A stretch of 64,000 bases of DNA, from IMG/VR virus record IMGVR_UViG_2706795367_000001, positions 46,765-110,764 of that record. One strand, given 5' to 3'. The notes under the pieces were generated by a model. It saw only the letters and a list, made by a program, of their open reading frames with translations, was not told the origin of the DNA and made no database searches. Made by a program: the position numbers and the translations under genes. This document shows positions 1 through 9,032 of the stretch, one piece after another; the stretch's first letter is position 1; each line of letters starts with the position of its first letter. This DNA is from a virus. Its lineage: Duplodnaviria > Caudoviricetes.

Positions 1-198
1 AGCTCAGGGATGAGAGTCCGGGATGCCGCGATGAACTCGCCGTCATGGTCGGGCAGTCCGTAGGTCATGGACTCGCCAGCGCCGTCGAAGAGGATCGACT
101 CTGCGTAGTCGCCGTTCTGGTTCTGTCCGCCCCAGTGCTGGAACGTCCATGGCCCTTCGGTCACGCCTTCCAGTGCGCCCTTGGCGCGCTCAACAACA

Positions 199-615
199 TC
201 ACTCACGGTCTTCCCCCTCGGCTACAGCAGCAGCAGCAGCAGCGAGTAGGGCAGCGCCGAAGTCGCGCAGCTGATCGTCGTCCCAGTCGTAGCAGTCGTC
301 CCTGCCAATGTCTTCCAGACGCAGCTGAGTCCAACCGTCCTTGAACGTCACCACCGTGCCGTCGGCAAACGTGGTGTTCCCGTACTCGTCCACGTCCGGT
401 TCGGGTAGTTGGATTACCGCCACACCCGGAAGAGACGCAATGACATCAGCGACATGTGAGTCATGGTCTCCACCGTCCTGCTCGGTCCATTCGCAGCCCA
501 TGCAGGCATCGAGGTTCAACAGGAACTCCTGGCGGCGCGGATGGTTGATCCGCTTCGTCGTCGGCTTGTGCGCTTTGATGGCTTCTGTGAGTACTGCACG
601 CAACTCCCCGCTCAC
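199..615 (-). CDS. hypothetical protein (paralog of 2076..2474)
   Basis: ORF in tightly overlapping leftward run; shares ELRAVLTEA and PGVAVIQLPEPD with 2076..2474. Confidence 0.75.
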   Translation of the reverse strand: MSGELRAVLTEAIKAHKPTTKRINHPRRQEFLLNLDACMGCEWTEQDGGDHDSHVADVIASLPGVAVIQLPEPDVDEYGNTTFADGTVVTFKDGWTQLRLEDIGRDDCYDWDDDQLRDFGAALLAAAAAAVAEGEDRE

Positions 616-980
616 GCCTCCTCCAAAGAGTCCGTAGGGATGTAGAGCACGCGGGCCGGAAGGTCGACCTCATCGCTTGGGCAGGGCACTTCGTAACCGC
701 TGCGATACCAAGGCCCATACAGGGCGGCGAGGTGATGATCGGCCCAGTTGACGTAGTTGTCCCCGATGTCTGACCCTCCGAGTGGCATGATCACTGCCCC
801 AATTGGTAGCGCGTCGAGTTCTTCGACGGTCTCGACCACCTTGGGGCGCAGACGCTCAACCTCGGCTACCAATTCGGCGAGCAGCCGGTAGGACCGGCCC
901 GGTGCGACCGCGACCCGAGACCCCTTCGCCACTTCGTAGTCGACCAGCGCAGCCTTGGCGCGCTCAACAACATCACTCAT
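612..980 (-). CDS. hypothetical protein
   Basis: ORF, 4-bp overlap with neighbour. Confidence 0.75.
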   Translation of the reverse strand: MSDVVERAKAALVDYEVAKGSRVAVAPGRSYRLLAELVAEVERLRPKVVETVEELDALPIGAVIMPLGGSDIGDNYVNWADHHLAALYGPWYRSGYEVPCPSDEVDLPARVLYIPTDSLEEA

Positions 981-1257
981 CAGGTATCTCCATCCAGTGG
1001 GTAACGAATCGGGTTGCAGGCTCTGGCACGCCCAGCTCGAAGATGCTCTCGATTACGCGGGTTTCCCGCCTGAGTCCTCCGAGGGCTCTGTCGATCTCGG
1101 CGGCGACGTGGGCCTCGAAATCGTCGAGCGAACCGTCGCGGAAATCACATTCACCCACCCGCGTACCCTGGCAGCGGGAGTGTCCAGTTTCCAGGTTTAA
1201 CGTCCGCCGGTGTCGGCGCTGAACCGCGATCATGATCTTCTGCGCGTCCCCGCTCAT
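973..1257 (-). CDS. hypothetical protein
   Basis: ORF in coupled leftward run. Confidence 0.7.
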   Translation of the reverse strand: MSGDAQKIMIAVQRRHRRTLNLETGHSRCQGTRVGECDFRDGSLDDFEAHVAAEIDRALGGLRRETRVIESIFELGVPEPATRFVTHWMEIPDE

Positions 1258-1751
1258 GCTTCCTCCCCGGGGCTGTAGGCGTGACCGAGAAACCGCGCCG
1301 GGACGGCGGACGGATCAGTCGTCCACGCGGCGTACTCAGCCCATGTCATGCCAAGGAAGGTGTGCAGTGGCATGCCGTCATCGGGGCTGGTGTGCCAGCG
1401 TTCGATCAACTCGTCCAGGTACCGGTTCCAGGCCGGGATGGTGACCGGGATGCCTTTGCATGAATGGATGACCTCGAACACCCACTTGCCGCATCGTTCG
1501 CATTCAGCGCGGCCATCACCGCGATGGCACTGAACGGCGCGGTCTTCCGCAGCGCCCATTAACGCTTCGAATGCCACAAACCTCGGATTGCCAGTCACGC
1601 TTCCTCCCCCTGTAGCTGCGAGAACGTCTTCGTAGGTGTCCCACCACTGCGGGCAGTCGTTGCAGAACCACTCTCCGGGCCGAGAGTCGCTGCTCGTTCC
1701 GGGGCCGCTTTCTGGCCGCTTGATCACGACACGGTGCGCGCATCGATTCAC
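1254..1751 (-). CDS. hypothetical Cys-rich protein
   Basis: ORF with CxxC motifs, GGAGGA RBS, overlaps neighbours by 4 bp. Confidence 0.7.
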   Translation of the reverse strand: MNRCAHRVVIKRPESGPGTSSDSRPGEWFCNDCPQWWDTYEDVLAATGGGSVTGNPRFVAFEALMGAAEDRAVQCHRGDGRAECERCGKWVFEVIHSCKGIPVTIPAWNRYLDELIERWHTSPDDGMPLHTFLGMTWAEYAAWTTDPSAVPARFLGHAYSPGEEA

Positions 1752-2032
1752 GGGTGTTCCTCCCCTGTAGCCACAACCGCAGCAGCAGCGGCAGCGGCCA
1801 TCGCGGCGTCCAACGTTTCCTCATACCCCCACGCCAAAACCCGTCCGCACGTGTTGTCCTCCACAGACCAACGGAAGTCACCAGCCACATCGGGCGGGAT
1901 GATCCACGCGTTGCGCCGGTCACCGAGGAGTTCTGCCCGCCACCTACCGGGGCCAACAAAACCGGTGAACCATTCCCACGTCATCACGCCTCGCTCCATC
2001 CCGACACCCAGCGGGAACGGACTTCGTAGCAA
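1748..2032 (-). CDS. hypothetical protein
   Basis: ORF; true start probably near MTWEWF (~1984). Confidence 0.6.
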   Translation of the reverse strand: MLRSPFPLGVGMERGVMTWEWFTGFVGPGRWRAELLGDRRNAWIIPPDVAGDFRWSVEDNTCGRVLAWGYEETLDAAMAAAAAAAVVATGEEHP

Positions 2033-2075
2033 TCATCCGGCCACTGATCGTCTTGGTAGTACGGCTGATGGCCCA

Positions 2076-2474
2076 TCATTCCTCCGCCTCTTCTGCATAG
2101 CTGGCGGCTGCCAGGATCGAGGCCGCCAATCCGCGTGCTTCATCGACGCTCAGCGGCTCGTCGCACCAAGCGCCCGCCCGGATCTGGACCTCGCCCGGAT
2201 GCCCGTCGAACACCACCGGCACATACAGGCCGACACCGGGAAAGTCGGTGAACTCCTGCTCTTCGTCTTCATGCTCGTCGGGTTCGGGTAGTTGGATTAC
2301 CGCCACACCCGGAGCCGTATCGAGAGCGTCAAGTTGGTGCGCGGCGAACTCGGCGGCGTCGGTGACGGCTGGGTTGGCCGGTTCCCAGTCACACCCCGAG
2401 CAGTTGAATCCGTAATTCTCCGGCTGGTGTCCGGCGAGGGCTTCTGTGAGTACTGCACGCAACTCGGGGTTCAC
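2076..2474 (-). CDS. hypothetical protein (paralog of 199..615)
   Basis: ORF; identical DNA blocks shared with 199..615. Confidence 0.75.
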   Translation of the reverse strand: MNPELRAVLTEALAGHQPENYGFNCSGCDWEPANPAVTDAAEFAAHQLDALDTAPGVAVIQLPEPDEHEDEEQEFTDFPGVGLYVPVVFDGHPGEVQIRAGAWCDEPLSVDEARGLAASILAAASYAEEAEE

Positions 2475-2713
2475 TGTTCCCCCTCGGCAGCAACATCATC
2501 CAAATACGCGGGGCATCTACCTTCTTCCACGAGTGTCATGTTCGTGATGTCCGCAGAGAACAGGGCCGACGGCCAGTACTTGTCGTCGAGGCTTTCGAAT
2601 TCCCGTCGAACTTCGTTGTAGTCACTGTCGATCTTCCAATCGATTTCGTGCGCTTCGATGCGGTCCCCTGGGGAGATGCCATCGCGGGTCCAGAAGATTC
2701 CGTAGACTTTCAT
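2471..2713 (-). CDS. hypothetical protein
   Basis: ORF, coupled overlap. Confidence 0.7.
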   Translation of the reverse strand: MKVYGIFWTRDGISPGDRIEAHEIDWKIDSDYNEVRREFESLDDKYWPSALFSADITNMTLVEEGRCPAYLDDVAAEGEQ

Positions 2714-2760
2714 GCCTCGTCGCCTTTCAGTTCTCGGTTCCGTTCAATGGCCTGCCACAT

Positions 2761-2895
2761 TCACTTCTTCACTCCTTTGATCAGCTCCCGGATCTTGTCC
2801 TGCGACAGAGCCTCGCGGGCGATACCTACGATCAGCCCGCCGACGAGAGCGCCGGCGATACCGATACCTCCTGCGGCGATGCCCAGCAGTTTCAT
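2761..2895 (-). CDS. small membrane protein
   Basis: MKLLGIAAGGIGIAGALVGGLIVGIA hydrophobic segment; ATGA overlap. Confidence 0.6.
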   Translation of the reverse strand: MKLLGIAAGGIGIAGALVGGLIVGIAREALSQDKIRELIKGVKK

Positions 2896-3161
2896 AGACC
2901 CAGCTCCTCGGTGGTGTAGATGAGCTTTGCGGTGTCGCAGGGCCAATCGACCTCGCAGTGTTCGCATACGCGGTCTCTGAGTCGGCAGTCCTCTCCGCTG
3001 CAGCAGGCGTTGATGCAGTTGCTCCACCGAGGGCGGTGCAGTTCGCGGATCGGCTCCAACGCCTCACGGGCAGCGACAATTGCTGTGGGCCACGGTGGGG
3101 TGTCCAAGTCGTACTGGGCCTTCCATGCCCGTTGTGCGGCTTCTACTGCTGGATCACTCAT
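2892..3161 (-). CDS. hypothetical Cys-rich protein
   Basis: MSDPAVEAA...WPC...LIY family, paralog at 27516..27761. Confidence 0.75.
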   Translation of the reverse strand: MSDPAVEAAQRAWKAQYDLDTPPWPTAIVAAREALEPIRELHRPRWSNCINACCSGEDCRLRDRVCEHCEVDWPCDTAKLIYTTEELGL

Positions 3162-3453
3162 CGCCAGCCTCCAACACTTTGGTGATCATGCCCCGGAGAC
3201 CGGTCAGCTCTTCGCGGGAGAATCTCCCGGCAACCCATCCCTGAGTGCCGGAGTCGTTTGTCTTTTTCAGCTCAAACTCGCGGCCGTAATGCCTACGGTC
3301 GAAGTCGTGATCCCTCAACTTTAGGATCTGCCAATGATCTTCACTGAAGCCGGGAAGGGTGGAGATGTAGAGGCCGAGGATTTCTTCGCCCCACTGGTTC
3401 TGGTGCTGGGTCACTTCTTCCTCGAAATCCGGTAGCCGAGAGAATCCGCCCAC
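3154..3453 (-). CDS. hypothetical protein
   Basis: ORF in leftward run. Confidence 0.6.
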   Translation of the reverse strand: MGGFSRLPDFEEEVTQHQNQWGEEILGLYISTLPGFSEDHWQILKLRDHDFDRRHYGREFELKKTNDSGTQGWVAGRFSREELTGLRGMITKVLEAGDE

Positions 3454-3728
3454 TGCTTGAGTAACGCCACCTGGCCCTCAATGGTGCGATGAGAGCTCAC
3501 ATACCAGCCGGTGTGGACTTTCGTGGAGAAGTTCCCGCCGACCGCGATCAGCTGAGTGGCATCGGCGTGCTCGGCGGCCTGCACATTCACGTTGTTCACG
3601 TAGATCCCGACGCCGAAGGTTCCGCCCTGGTTCATGTTGAGCTTGATTCCCTCAACGAAATCGTCGGGGTATTTCTCCAGCTGATCGAAACCGTCGTTGA
3701 GAATGGTTAGGTTGGTCATGTATCCCAT
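3411..3728 (-). CDS. hypothetical protein
   Basis: ORF starting at TGATG overlap with excisionase stop. Confidence 0.7.
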   Translation of the reverse strand: MGYMTNLTILNDGFDQLEKYPDDFVEGIKLNMNQGGTFGVGIYVNNVNVQAAEHADATQLIAVGGNFSTKVHTGWYVSSHRTIEGQVALLKQWADSLGYRISRKK

Positions 3729-3925
3729 CACGCCTCCCGAAACTGTTGCCTGAGCCATTCCCTGGCCTCTTCACGCTGGACCATCACTCGCCGGCCGATG
3801 CGGGCGTACCGCGGTCCGTAGCCCACCTGGCGCCAATACCGCGCCGTGGCGAGCGACACCTGCGCCTCACGGGCGAAGTCTTCGAGCGTCATGAGGAACG
3901 GCTCGTTTGAAGTGTGCTGCTGCAT
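3728..3925 (-). CDS. xis: excisionase / MerR-like HTH recombination directionality factor
   Basis: Small basic wHTH (TLEDFAREAQVSLATARYWRQVGYGPRYARIGRRV) divergent from integrase. Confidence 0.8.
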   Translation of the reverse strand: MQQHTSNEPFLMTLEDFAREAQVSLATARYWRQVGYGPRYARIGRRVMVQREEAREWLRQQFREA

Positions 3926-4018
3926 GAACCTAACTGTACTTCACTACGGGGCGTTATGGAATGCAGTGCAGTGTTGAGATTCCTCAACAAAAACGGTTTC
4001 CCTGCATACGCTGTCCGT

Positions 4019-5245
4019 ATGCAGAACAGAACTCCGGGGCGGCACGGCGTCGCCGACATGTGGTACCGAGACGACGGAACCCCCACCAACCTCGCAACCC
4101 CCGGGTCCAGCCCCAAAAGCCCCTCGGGTAGCGGCGCGCGCTGGAGAGCCTGGTACATCGACACCGCGGGCAGGCAGCGTACGAAGAAGTTCCCGAACAA
4201 GAAGGCGGCCGAGCGGTGGGCCGACAAGCAGGCCGGCGACGTCAACGCCGGAGCCTGGGCGGACCCGCAGGCCCAGAAGGAAACGTTCTCCGTCGTCGCG
4301 GAGAAGTGGTACGCCACCAAGTCCAACCGGGAAGCCACCACCAAGCACGGCTACCGCAACATCCTCGACACGATCGTCCTACCCAAATGGGGCGACACCC
4401 CGATCCACAAAATCGACCACGAGAGCCTTCAAGACTGGGTGAACGAGCTGTCAACGACGGGGGAGTACCGCACCAAGGGGGAGGGCGGCTTCTCGGCCTC
4501 TAGGACCATCCAGATCCACCTAGTGGTCAACGGGGTGATGAAGTACGCCCTGCGCACCGACCGCATCCTCAAGAACCCCGCAGAGGGCCTGGAGCTGCCC
4601 ACCAAACGGAAAAACACCCGGCAGCGCTACCTCACCCACAAACAGCTCCAAGAGTTTGCCGCGGAGATGGGCCGCTTTGAGGGCCTGACGCTCCTCCTGG
4701 GCTACTGCGGGGCCCGGACGAGCGAAGCCTTCGGGGCGCGGGGTAGAGACTTCCGCGGGCGCATCTGGGAGCTTTACGGGGCCATCGTGAGGAACGTCGA
4801 GAAGGACACCAAGACCCACCGGGCCCGATTCATCCCCATTCCCGACGTTGTGTGGGACAAGATCCAGATGCCGGCCAATCCGGACGCCCTGGTGTTCCCC
4901 GGCCGCCGCGGGCACATCACCAACGGCGAGTACCGCTGGGCCTTCGACGGGGCGCTCAGGACGATGCAGGAGCGCACAGAGAAGCTACGGGCCGAGGAGA
5001 TTGCCGAGACCGGCCGGGCCACCACTCCAGCCTTCCCCCGGATCACCCCGCACGACCTCCGGCACACCTGCGCCTCGCTGGCCATCTCCTCCGGCGCCAA
5101 CGTCAAGGCGGTCCAGAACCTTCTGGGACACGCCACCGCGGTGATGACTTTGGACCTCTACGGGCATTTGCTTTCGGACGATTTGGACCGGGTGATGACC
5201 GCTCTCAACGAAGCGGCGGCCGCCGCGTCACCTCGCAGTTTGTGA
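4019..5245 (+). CDS. int: tyrosine integrase
   Basis: Catalytic motifs GARTSE, HDLRHT, LLGH...TLDLYGH; N-terminal arm-binding region; ATG at 4019 in frame with the 3914 ORF. Confidence 0.95.
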   Translation: MQNRTPGRHGVADMWYRDDGTPTNLATPGSSPKSPSGSGARWRAWYIDTAGRQRTKKFPNKKAAERWADKQAGDVNAGAWADPQAQKETFSVVAEKWYATKSNREATTKHGYRNILDTIVLPKWGDTPIHKIDHESLQDWVNELSTTGEYRTKGEGGFSASRTIQIHLVVNGVMKYALRTDRILKNPAEGLELPTKRKNTRQRYLTHKQLQEFAAEMGRFEGLTLLLGYCGARTSEAFGARGRDFRGRIWELYGAIVRNVEKDTKTHRARFIPIPDVVWDKIQMPANPDALVFPGRRGHITNGEYRWAFDGALRTMQERTEKLRAEEIAETGRATTPAFPRITPHDLRHTCASLAISSGANVKAVQNLLGHATAVMTLDLYGHLLSDDLDRVMTALNEAAAAASPRSL

Positions 5246-5286
5246 TGACTGAAGATGGCTCATACGTACCGTTCAAGCATACTATC

Positions 5287-5510
5287 TGCATACGGCTGGG
5301 ATTTGCATACCGTCTCGATCTTGAAAAAGTGCCTCTGACCAGTGCCCTCGGTGAGATTCGAACTCACACTGTACGGGTTTTGAATTTTTTGATCTGGCGT
5401 TTTCTACCTGTGGGATTGCAGATCCTCAACGCTATTTCTGCAGGCAGGAGTGCGTACGAGCGGTGATTGTTGGCGGCAGCGTGGTCCCATGGTGCATACG
5501 ATTTGCATAC
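5287..5510. repeat. integrase arm-type binding sites (TGCATAC pairs flanking core)
   Basis: TGCATAC at 5287, 5304, 5493, 5504, two on each side of the core. Confidence 0.7.
5342..5385 (-). other. attP: attP common core (3' half of host tRNA-Leu CAA)
   Basis: Reverse complement ATTCAAAACCCGTACAGTGTGAGTTCGAATCTCACCGAGGGCAC = anticodon loop (CAA), T-arm and acceptor 3' strand; lies just downstream of int. Confidence 0.9.
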
Positions 5511-6072
5511 GGTTGGCCCGATCCGGGGAGCGGCCGAGCAGAGTCGGAGTCGGCGCTCGGGGTGCCGCAGCAAACACTTTGCTGGCCCGCCCCTGCCCTA
5601 ATAGTTAGCTTGGCTAGGCGGGGCGGAACACTGCTCTCACCCGACCACGTGCGGGCCAGGGCGCCGCATCATAGTCGAGAAATCCCTGGTCGACTCTAAG
5701 AAGTTACTGAGAAAAAATAAACCTTACGGGAATGGTCGCCAAAGTCCCATAACCTGTAATAGGACAGTGCGTAAGCACGAACAGCGATGCGAGAGCCTGC
5801 GAAGCATTCAGTGCGCCGTCAGGCGCACTCTACCGCCTACGGCCCGGAGCCCGGCACGTTGGTGAGTGGGTCACCAACCGGGGTTACGCAACTGGGGTAC
5901 GGCACTTGCGCGGGCGCGCGGGGACACCAAAATCCGCAGCGCTCTGAGGTTTGATTTCCATCACACTGTGGTACGATCATGGTTGAAACGTACTTTTAGG
6001 AGGCGCCTGGGATGCGAAGTCTGTCCTGGTGTCTGTTCAGGATGACGGCCGGACATTGAAGGTGTTTCTCAG

Positions 6073-6282
6073 TTGACCAGATATTTCTATGTTCCAGGCA
6101 TGATGTACCCGTACTGGATCGTGTCCGAGGAGAAGGACTGGCCCCGCCCGGGTGATGCGACGACGGTGGCGATGAATTCGGCCGCGAGCACCGACATGGG
6201 CAACCTGTACGGGGATGAGTTCTCCCAGTTCTTTCCGCACGCCGTGGAGATCACGAAGGAACAGTACGAGGCGCGCGCATGA
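6073..6282 (+). CDS. hypothetical protein
   Basis: ORF with phage-like codon usage. Confidence 0.5.
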   Translation: MTRYFYVPGMMYPYWIVSEEKDWPRPGDATTVAMNSAASTDMGNLYGDEFSQFFPHAVEITKEQYEARA

Positions 6283-6434
6283 GCCCCCTGCCGCCGGCCC
6301 GCACTATTCATTGACCCAGATGCGATGGAGCTCGCGAGGAGTAGCACGGATGCCCGCGCGTGACCCCTTGCCTCTTCAAGGCTTGATTCAGCAAATACTG
6401 TCGCACCCGTAGGTAATTTTCGGTAGTCTGGGCA

Positions 6435-6689
6435 ATGATGCTACGAGGGGTTTTAGCAGTAGCGATCATGGTGGGGATTGGTGCGGCGGGGGCCGCGCCG
6501 GCTGAAGCAGACGGCTGTTCTCGCCCGGTCGTGCTACTCAACGGTGAAGAGGTGTCGCAGACGCATTCGCCTACGCTGCGATGCAATGGCGTGGGCGGTT
6601 CACTCGGCGGCGGCGGAGCGCGCCCCAGGGGCCTCCTGGGCGACTTTCCGATAGTGGGCAACCTGCCCGGGCTAGGCGGCATCCTTTAA
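6435..6689 (+). CDS. secreted/exported small protein
   Basis: Signal peptide (...AAPAEA), Cys pair, Gly-rich tail. Confidence 0.65.
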   Translation: MMLRGVLAVAIMVGIGAAGAAPAEADGCSRPVVLLNGEEVSQTHSPTLRCNGVGGSLGGGGARPRGLLGDFPIVGNLPGLGGIL

Positions 6690-7379
6690 GGCTCGTCGCA
6701 GCTCGCTGAAGCCCTTCATCTTTTGCTGCCAGGAGTAGGCCGCCGCGATGGCGAAGCCTATCAGCCACACCACGGTGCCCATGAGAATCATCCAGTAGGC
6801 GCGCTCCCCGCCCCATAGGTTGACGTCGGTCATCATACACACGAGGGCGGCCATCTGGCCGAGCTGGGCCAGAAAACCTGCGGCGCAGGGCACCAGGAAC
6901 AGGATGGCCATGCGCCGCTGCCGCTCATCGCAGACGAGGACCAGTAGCGCCAGGATCGCAAACCCTAGAAGGTACGCGGTGGTTGCGGTCATCACCGTGG
7001 AATAGATCTCCAGGTACAGCGGGATGCTCCATCGCCGTCCGTGCAACTCGGCCGTAAACCCTCCGCCGAGGAATAGCGCACCCAGCATGGCGAGCACGCC
7101 CACGATCATCGGATTGGCCACCCACCGTCGGACGATGTGCCAGGTGTCTCCTTCTATGCGGGAGACCGCGGTGGTGGCGATGGCCCCGGCGCCGGCGACC
7201 AAACAGATGTGTCCGGCCACCTGGAGCAGGCCGAGACAAAAGGTGAGAACGATGCTGAGCCCAAGGAGGGCTACAGCGATGGTGGACGCCAGCTCCCAGC
7301 GCAGGGACCAGGTCATCCATCGCACCCGGAGGCTCCAGCCGAGGCAGGAGAGGGCAGCGATCGTTAGGGCGGTTGTCAT
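6672..7379 (-). CDS. polytopic membrane protein (~7 TM)
   Basis: Multiple hydrophobic helices; downstream of and co-oriented with the repressor. Confidence 0.8.
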   Translation of the reverse strand: MTTALTIAALSCLGWSLRVRWMTWSLRWELASTIAVALLGLSIVLTFCLGLLQVAGHICLVAGAGAIATTAVSRIEGDTWHIVRRWVANPMIVGVLAMLGALFLGGGFTAELHGRRWSIPLYLEIYSTVMTATTAYLLGFAILALLVLVCDERQRRMAILFLVPCAAGFLAQLGQMAALVCMMTDVNLWGGERAYWMILMGTVVWLIGFAIAAAYSWQQKMKGFSELRRALKDAA

Positions 7380-7485
7380 GCTTGGCCTTCAGAAAAAAGA
7401 AGCGGAACGGTCACGGCCAAGTAAACCCTTTATTAAACAAGATCAACAGGGGCTTAAGAAGATATTAAGGCCCGTTGCCGAATTG

Positions 7486-7905
7486 TTATATAGGCGGAGC
7501 GTCCTGACGGGCGCGGAACCTAGCCAGCCTGCCCGTCGTCTTCCTCGTCGCTACTTTTAAAGAGCTGGGCTCAGTCCTGTCCAGGACCTCTTCCAGCAGT
7601 CGCTCGGTCTCGACCATGCCGAGATCGGGCTCGTGTCGCACCACGGTGTCGTACTCCTCCTTTCGGCCGTAGCCGGCGGCGGCCATCGCATCGGGGAGCG
7701 TCGACCCTTCGCCGAACTGGCGCCAAAAGTTCACCACCTTGTCGGCCGACGGGCGCTTGAAGCCCTCGGCCTTGATCCAGTTGCCGACCATCGAACCCGA
7801 TGCGTCGACCAGTTCGCCGATCTGCTCGTTGGTCAGATCGCCCCGGTGTGCCTCTAGTTGACGCAGCACGTACCGGGACCATGTCTGCGCGTAATCCTCA
7901 TCCAT
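7486..7905 (-). CDS. immunity repressor (XRE/HTH)
   Basis: HTH (LTNEQIGELVDASGSMVGNWIK); divergent from a Cro-like gene; likely leaderless ATG at 7905. Confidence 0.8.
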   Translation of the reverse strand: MDEDYAQTWSRYVLRQLEAHRGDLTNEQIGELVDASGSMVGNWIKAEGFKRPSADKVVNFWRQFGEGSTLPDAMAAAGYGRKEEYDTVVRHEPDLGMVETERLLEEVLDRTEPSSLKVATRKTTGRLARFRARQDAPPI

Positions 7906-8184
7906 GGTGAAAACGCTACTCCATCGTATTGAGATGTTGCAACAGTGTCGATTTAACTGCGGTGCGGATTTCGTAGCCAAAACCGCTGCTCAGGAACTAA
8001 TCCGTTGTCTCGCAACAATGTAACTCGACGCCCGAAAGCGTTGCGGCAACGCAACATTTCGAGGCTGGGGCGTTTGCCAACTCCTTGCGCAGGGTAGGAC
8101 CATCGCACTACAGTGAAGCGCATCACGAAGTGCAGTTCACTTGCACGGCAACACCAGGGCAGTACCTGAAGGGGATGGTGACTG
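7906..8184. promoter_or_regulatory. divergent rep/cro control region
   Basis: Minus strand TTGCAA-18-TAGCGT, 7 nt before the rep ATG; repeated GTTG..CAAC dyads (7935-7944, 8004-8016, 8040-8050). Confidence 0.6.
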
Positions 8185-8409
8185 ATGGCTTATTTCCGCG
8201 TGAATCACAGGGGTTTCCAAAGCCTCAAGGAGCAGGGCGTCGCGAAGAGCGATCGGGCGATCGCTCAACTGCTCCAAGTTGATCCCGCAACAATGTCCCG
8301 CGTTCTACGAGGGAAGACGGAGCCAACCGGGCGCTTGGTCGCCGGCGCGGTGGCAGCCCTCGGGCCGAGCTGGCTGGGCATCCTCTTCGACGTTGTGGAA
8401 GAGAAGTGA
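8185..8409 (+). CDS. cro: Cro-like HTH protein
   Basis: SDRAIAQLLQVDPATMSRVLRG HTH; first gene of the rightward operon. Confidence 0.8.
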   Translation: MAYFRVNHRGFQSLKEQGVAKSDRAIAQLLQVDPATMSRVLRGKTEPTGRLVAGAVAALGPSWLGILFDVVEEK

Positions 8410-8657
8410 AGACCTGCTACCGCGGTCACGAGCGGTCCGAGGCAAACACCTACATCTTCTTCGATTCGCAGACCGGCCAGAAGAAGCACATGTGCCGGGA
8501 ATGCCGCAGGAAAGTCGGCCGAGTGTGCGGTTACTGCAACACCGCGTTCACCACGACCCTGCAACACGATTCGTGGGTCTGCCCAACCTGCACCGCGGGC
8601 GGGGCTTCCACCACTGATTACGCACCCTTGGGTTCCACCTGGGTGACGAGCGGCTAG
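8406..8657 (+). CDS. hypothetical zinc-finger protein
   Basis: CxxGH...NTY...CREC and CxxC motifs. Confidence 0.7.
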   Translation: MKTCYRGHERSEANTYIFFDSQTGQKKHMCRECRRKVGRVCGYCNTAFTTTLQHDSWVCPTCTAGGASTTDYAPLGSTWVTSG

Positions 8658-8666
8658 GAGACAAAC

Positions 8667-9032
8667 ATGAGGAACAAAGCCCTGCTCAACGAGGTCATGC
8701 AGTTCATCCTGAAGTACCCCGAGGCGCACGATCAGGGCGTCTACTTCAGTGAATGCGGCACGGTCGCGTGTTTCGCGGGATGGGCTTGCTACCTGGCGGG
8801 ATACGACAAGGTCCCGGGAAGTAGGGGCATTGTCGCCGACCCCGAATCCCCAAAGGGATGCGATCACGCTTCGTTCAAGGCTCGGGATCTCCTTGGGCTC
8901 ACCACCGACGAGGCGGAGTACCTCTTTTACGCGGACAACTCGGTCGAGGACCTCCAGCGGATGGTTGCCAACCTTGTTGCTGACAGGCCCGTCGATTATG
9001 ACAGCTGTTACTGGCAGAGTGCGGATCAGTAA
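8667..9032 (+). CDS. hypothetical protein
   Basis: ORF with GGAG RBS; CGTVACFAGWA motif. Confidence 0.75.
   Translation: MRNKALLNEVMQFILKYPEAHDQGVYFSECGTVACFAGWACYLAGYDKVPGSRGIVADPESPKGCDHASFKARDLLGLTTDEAEYLFYADNSVEDLQRMVANLVADRPVDYDSCYWQSADQ

Noticed and set aside
5342-5385. Possible tRNA gene on the minus strand
   Set aside because: Only the 3' half is present; explained as the attP core
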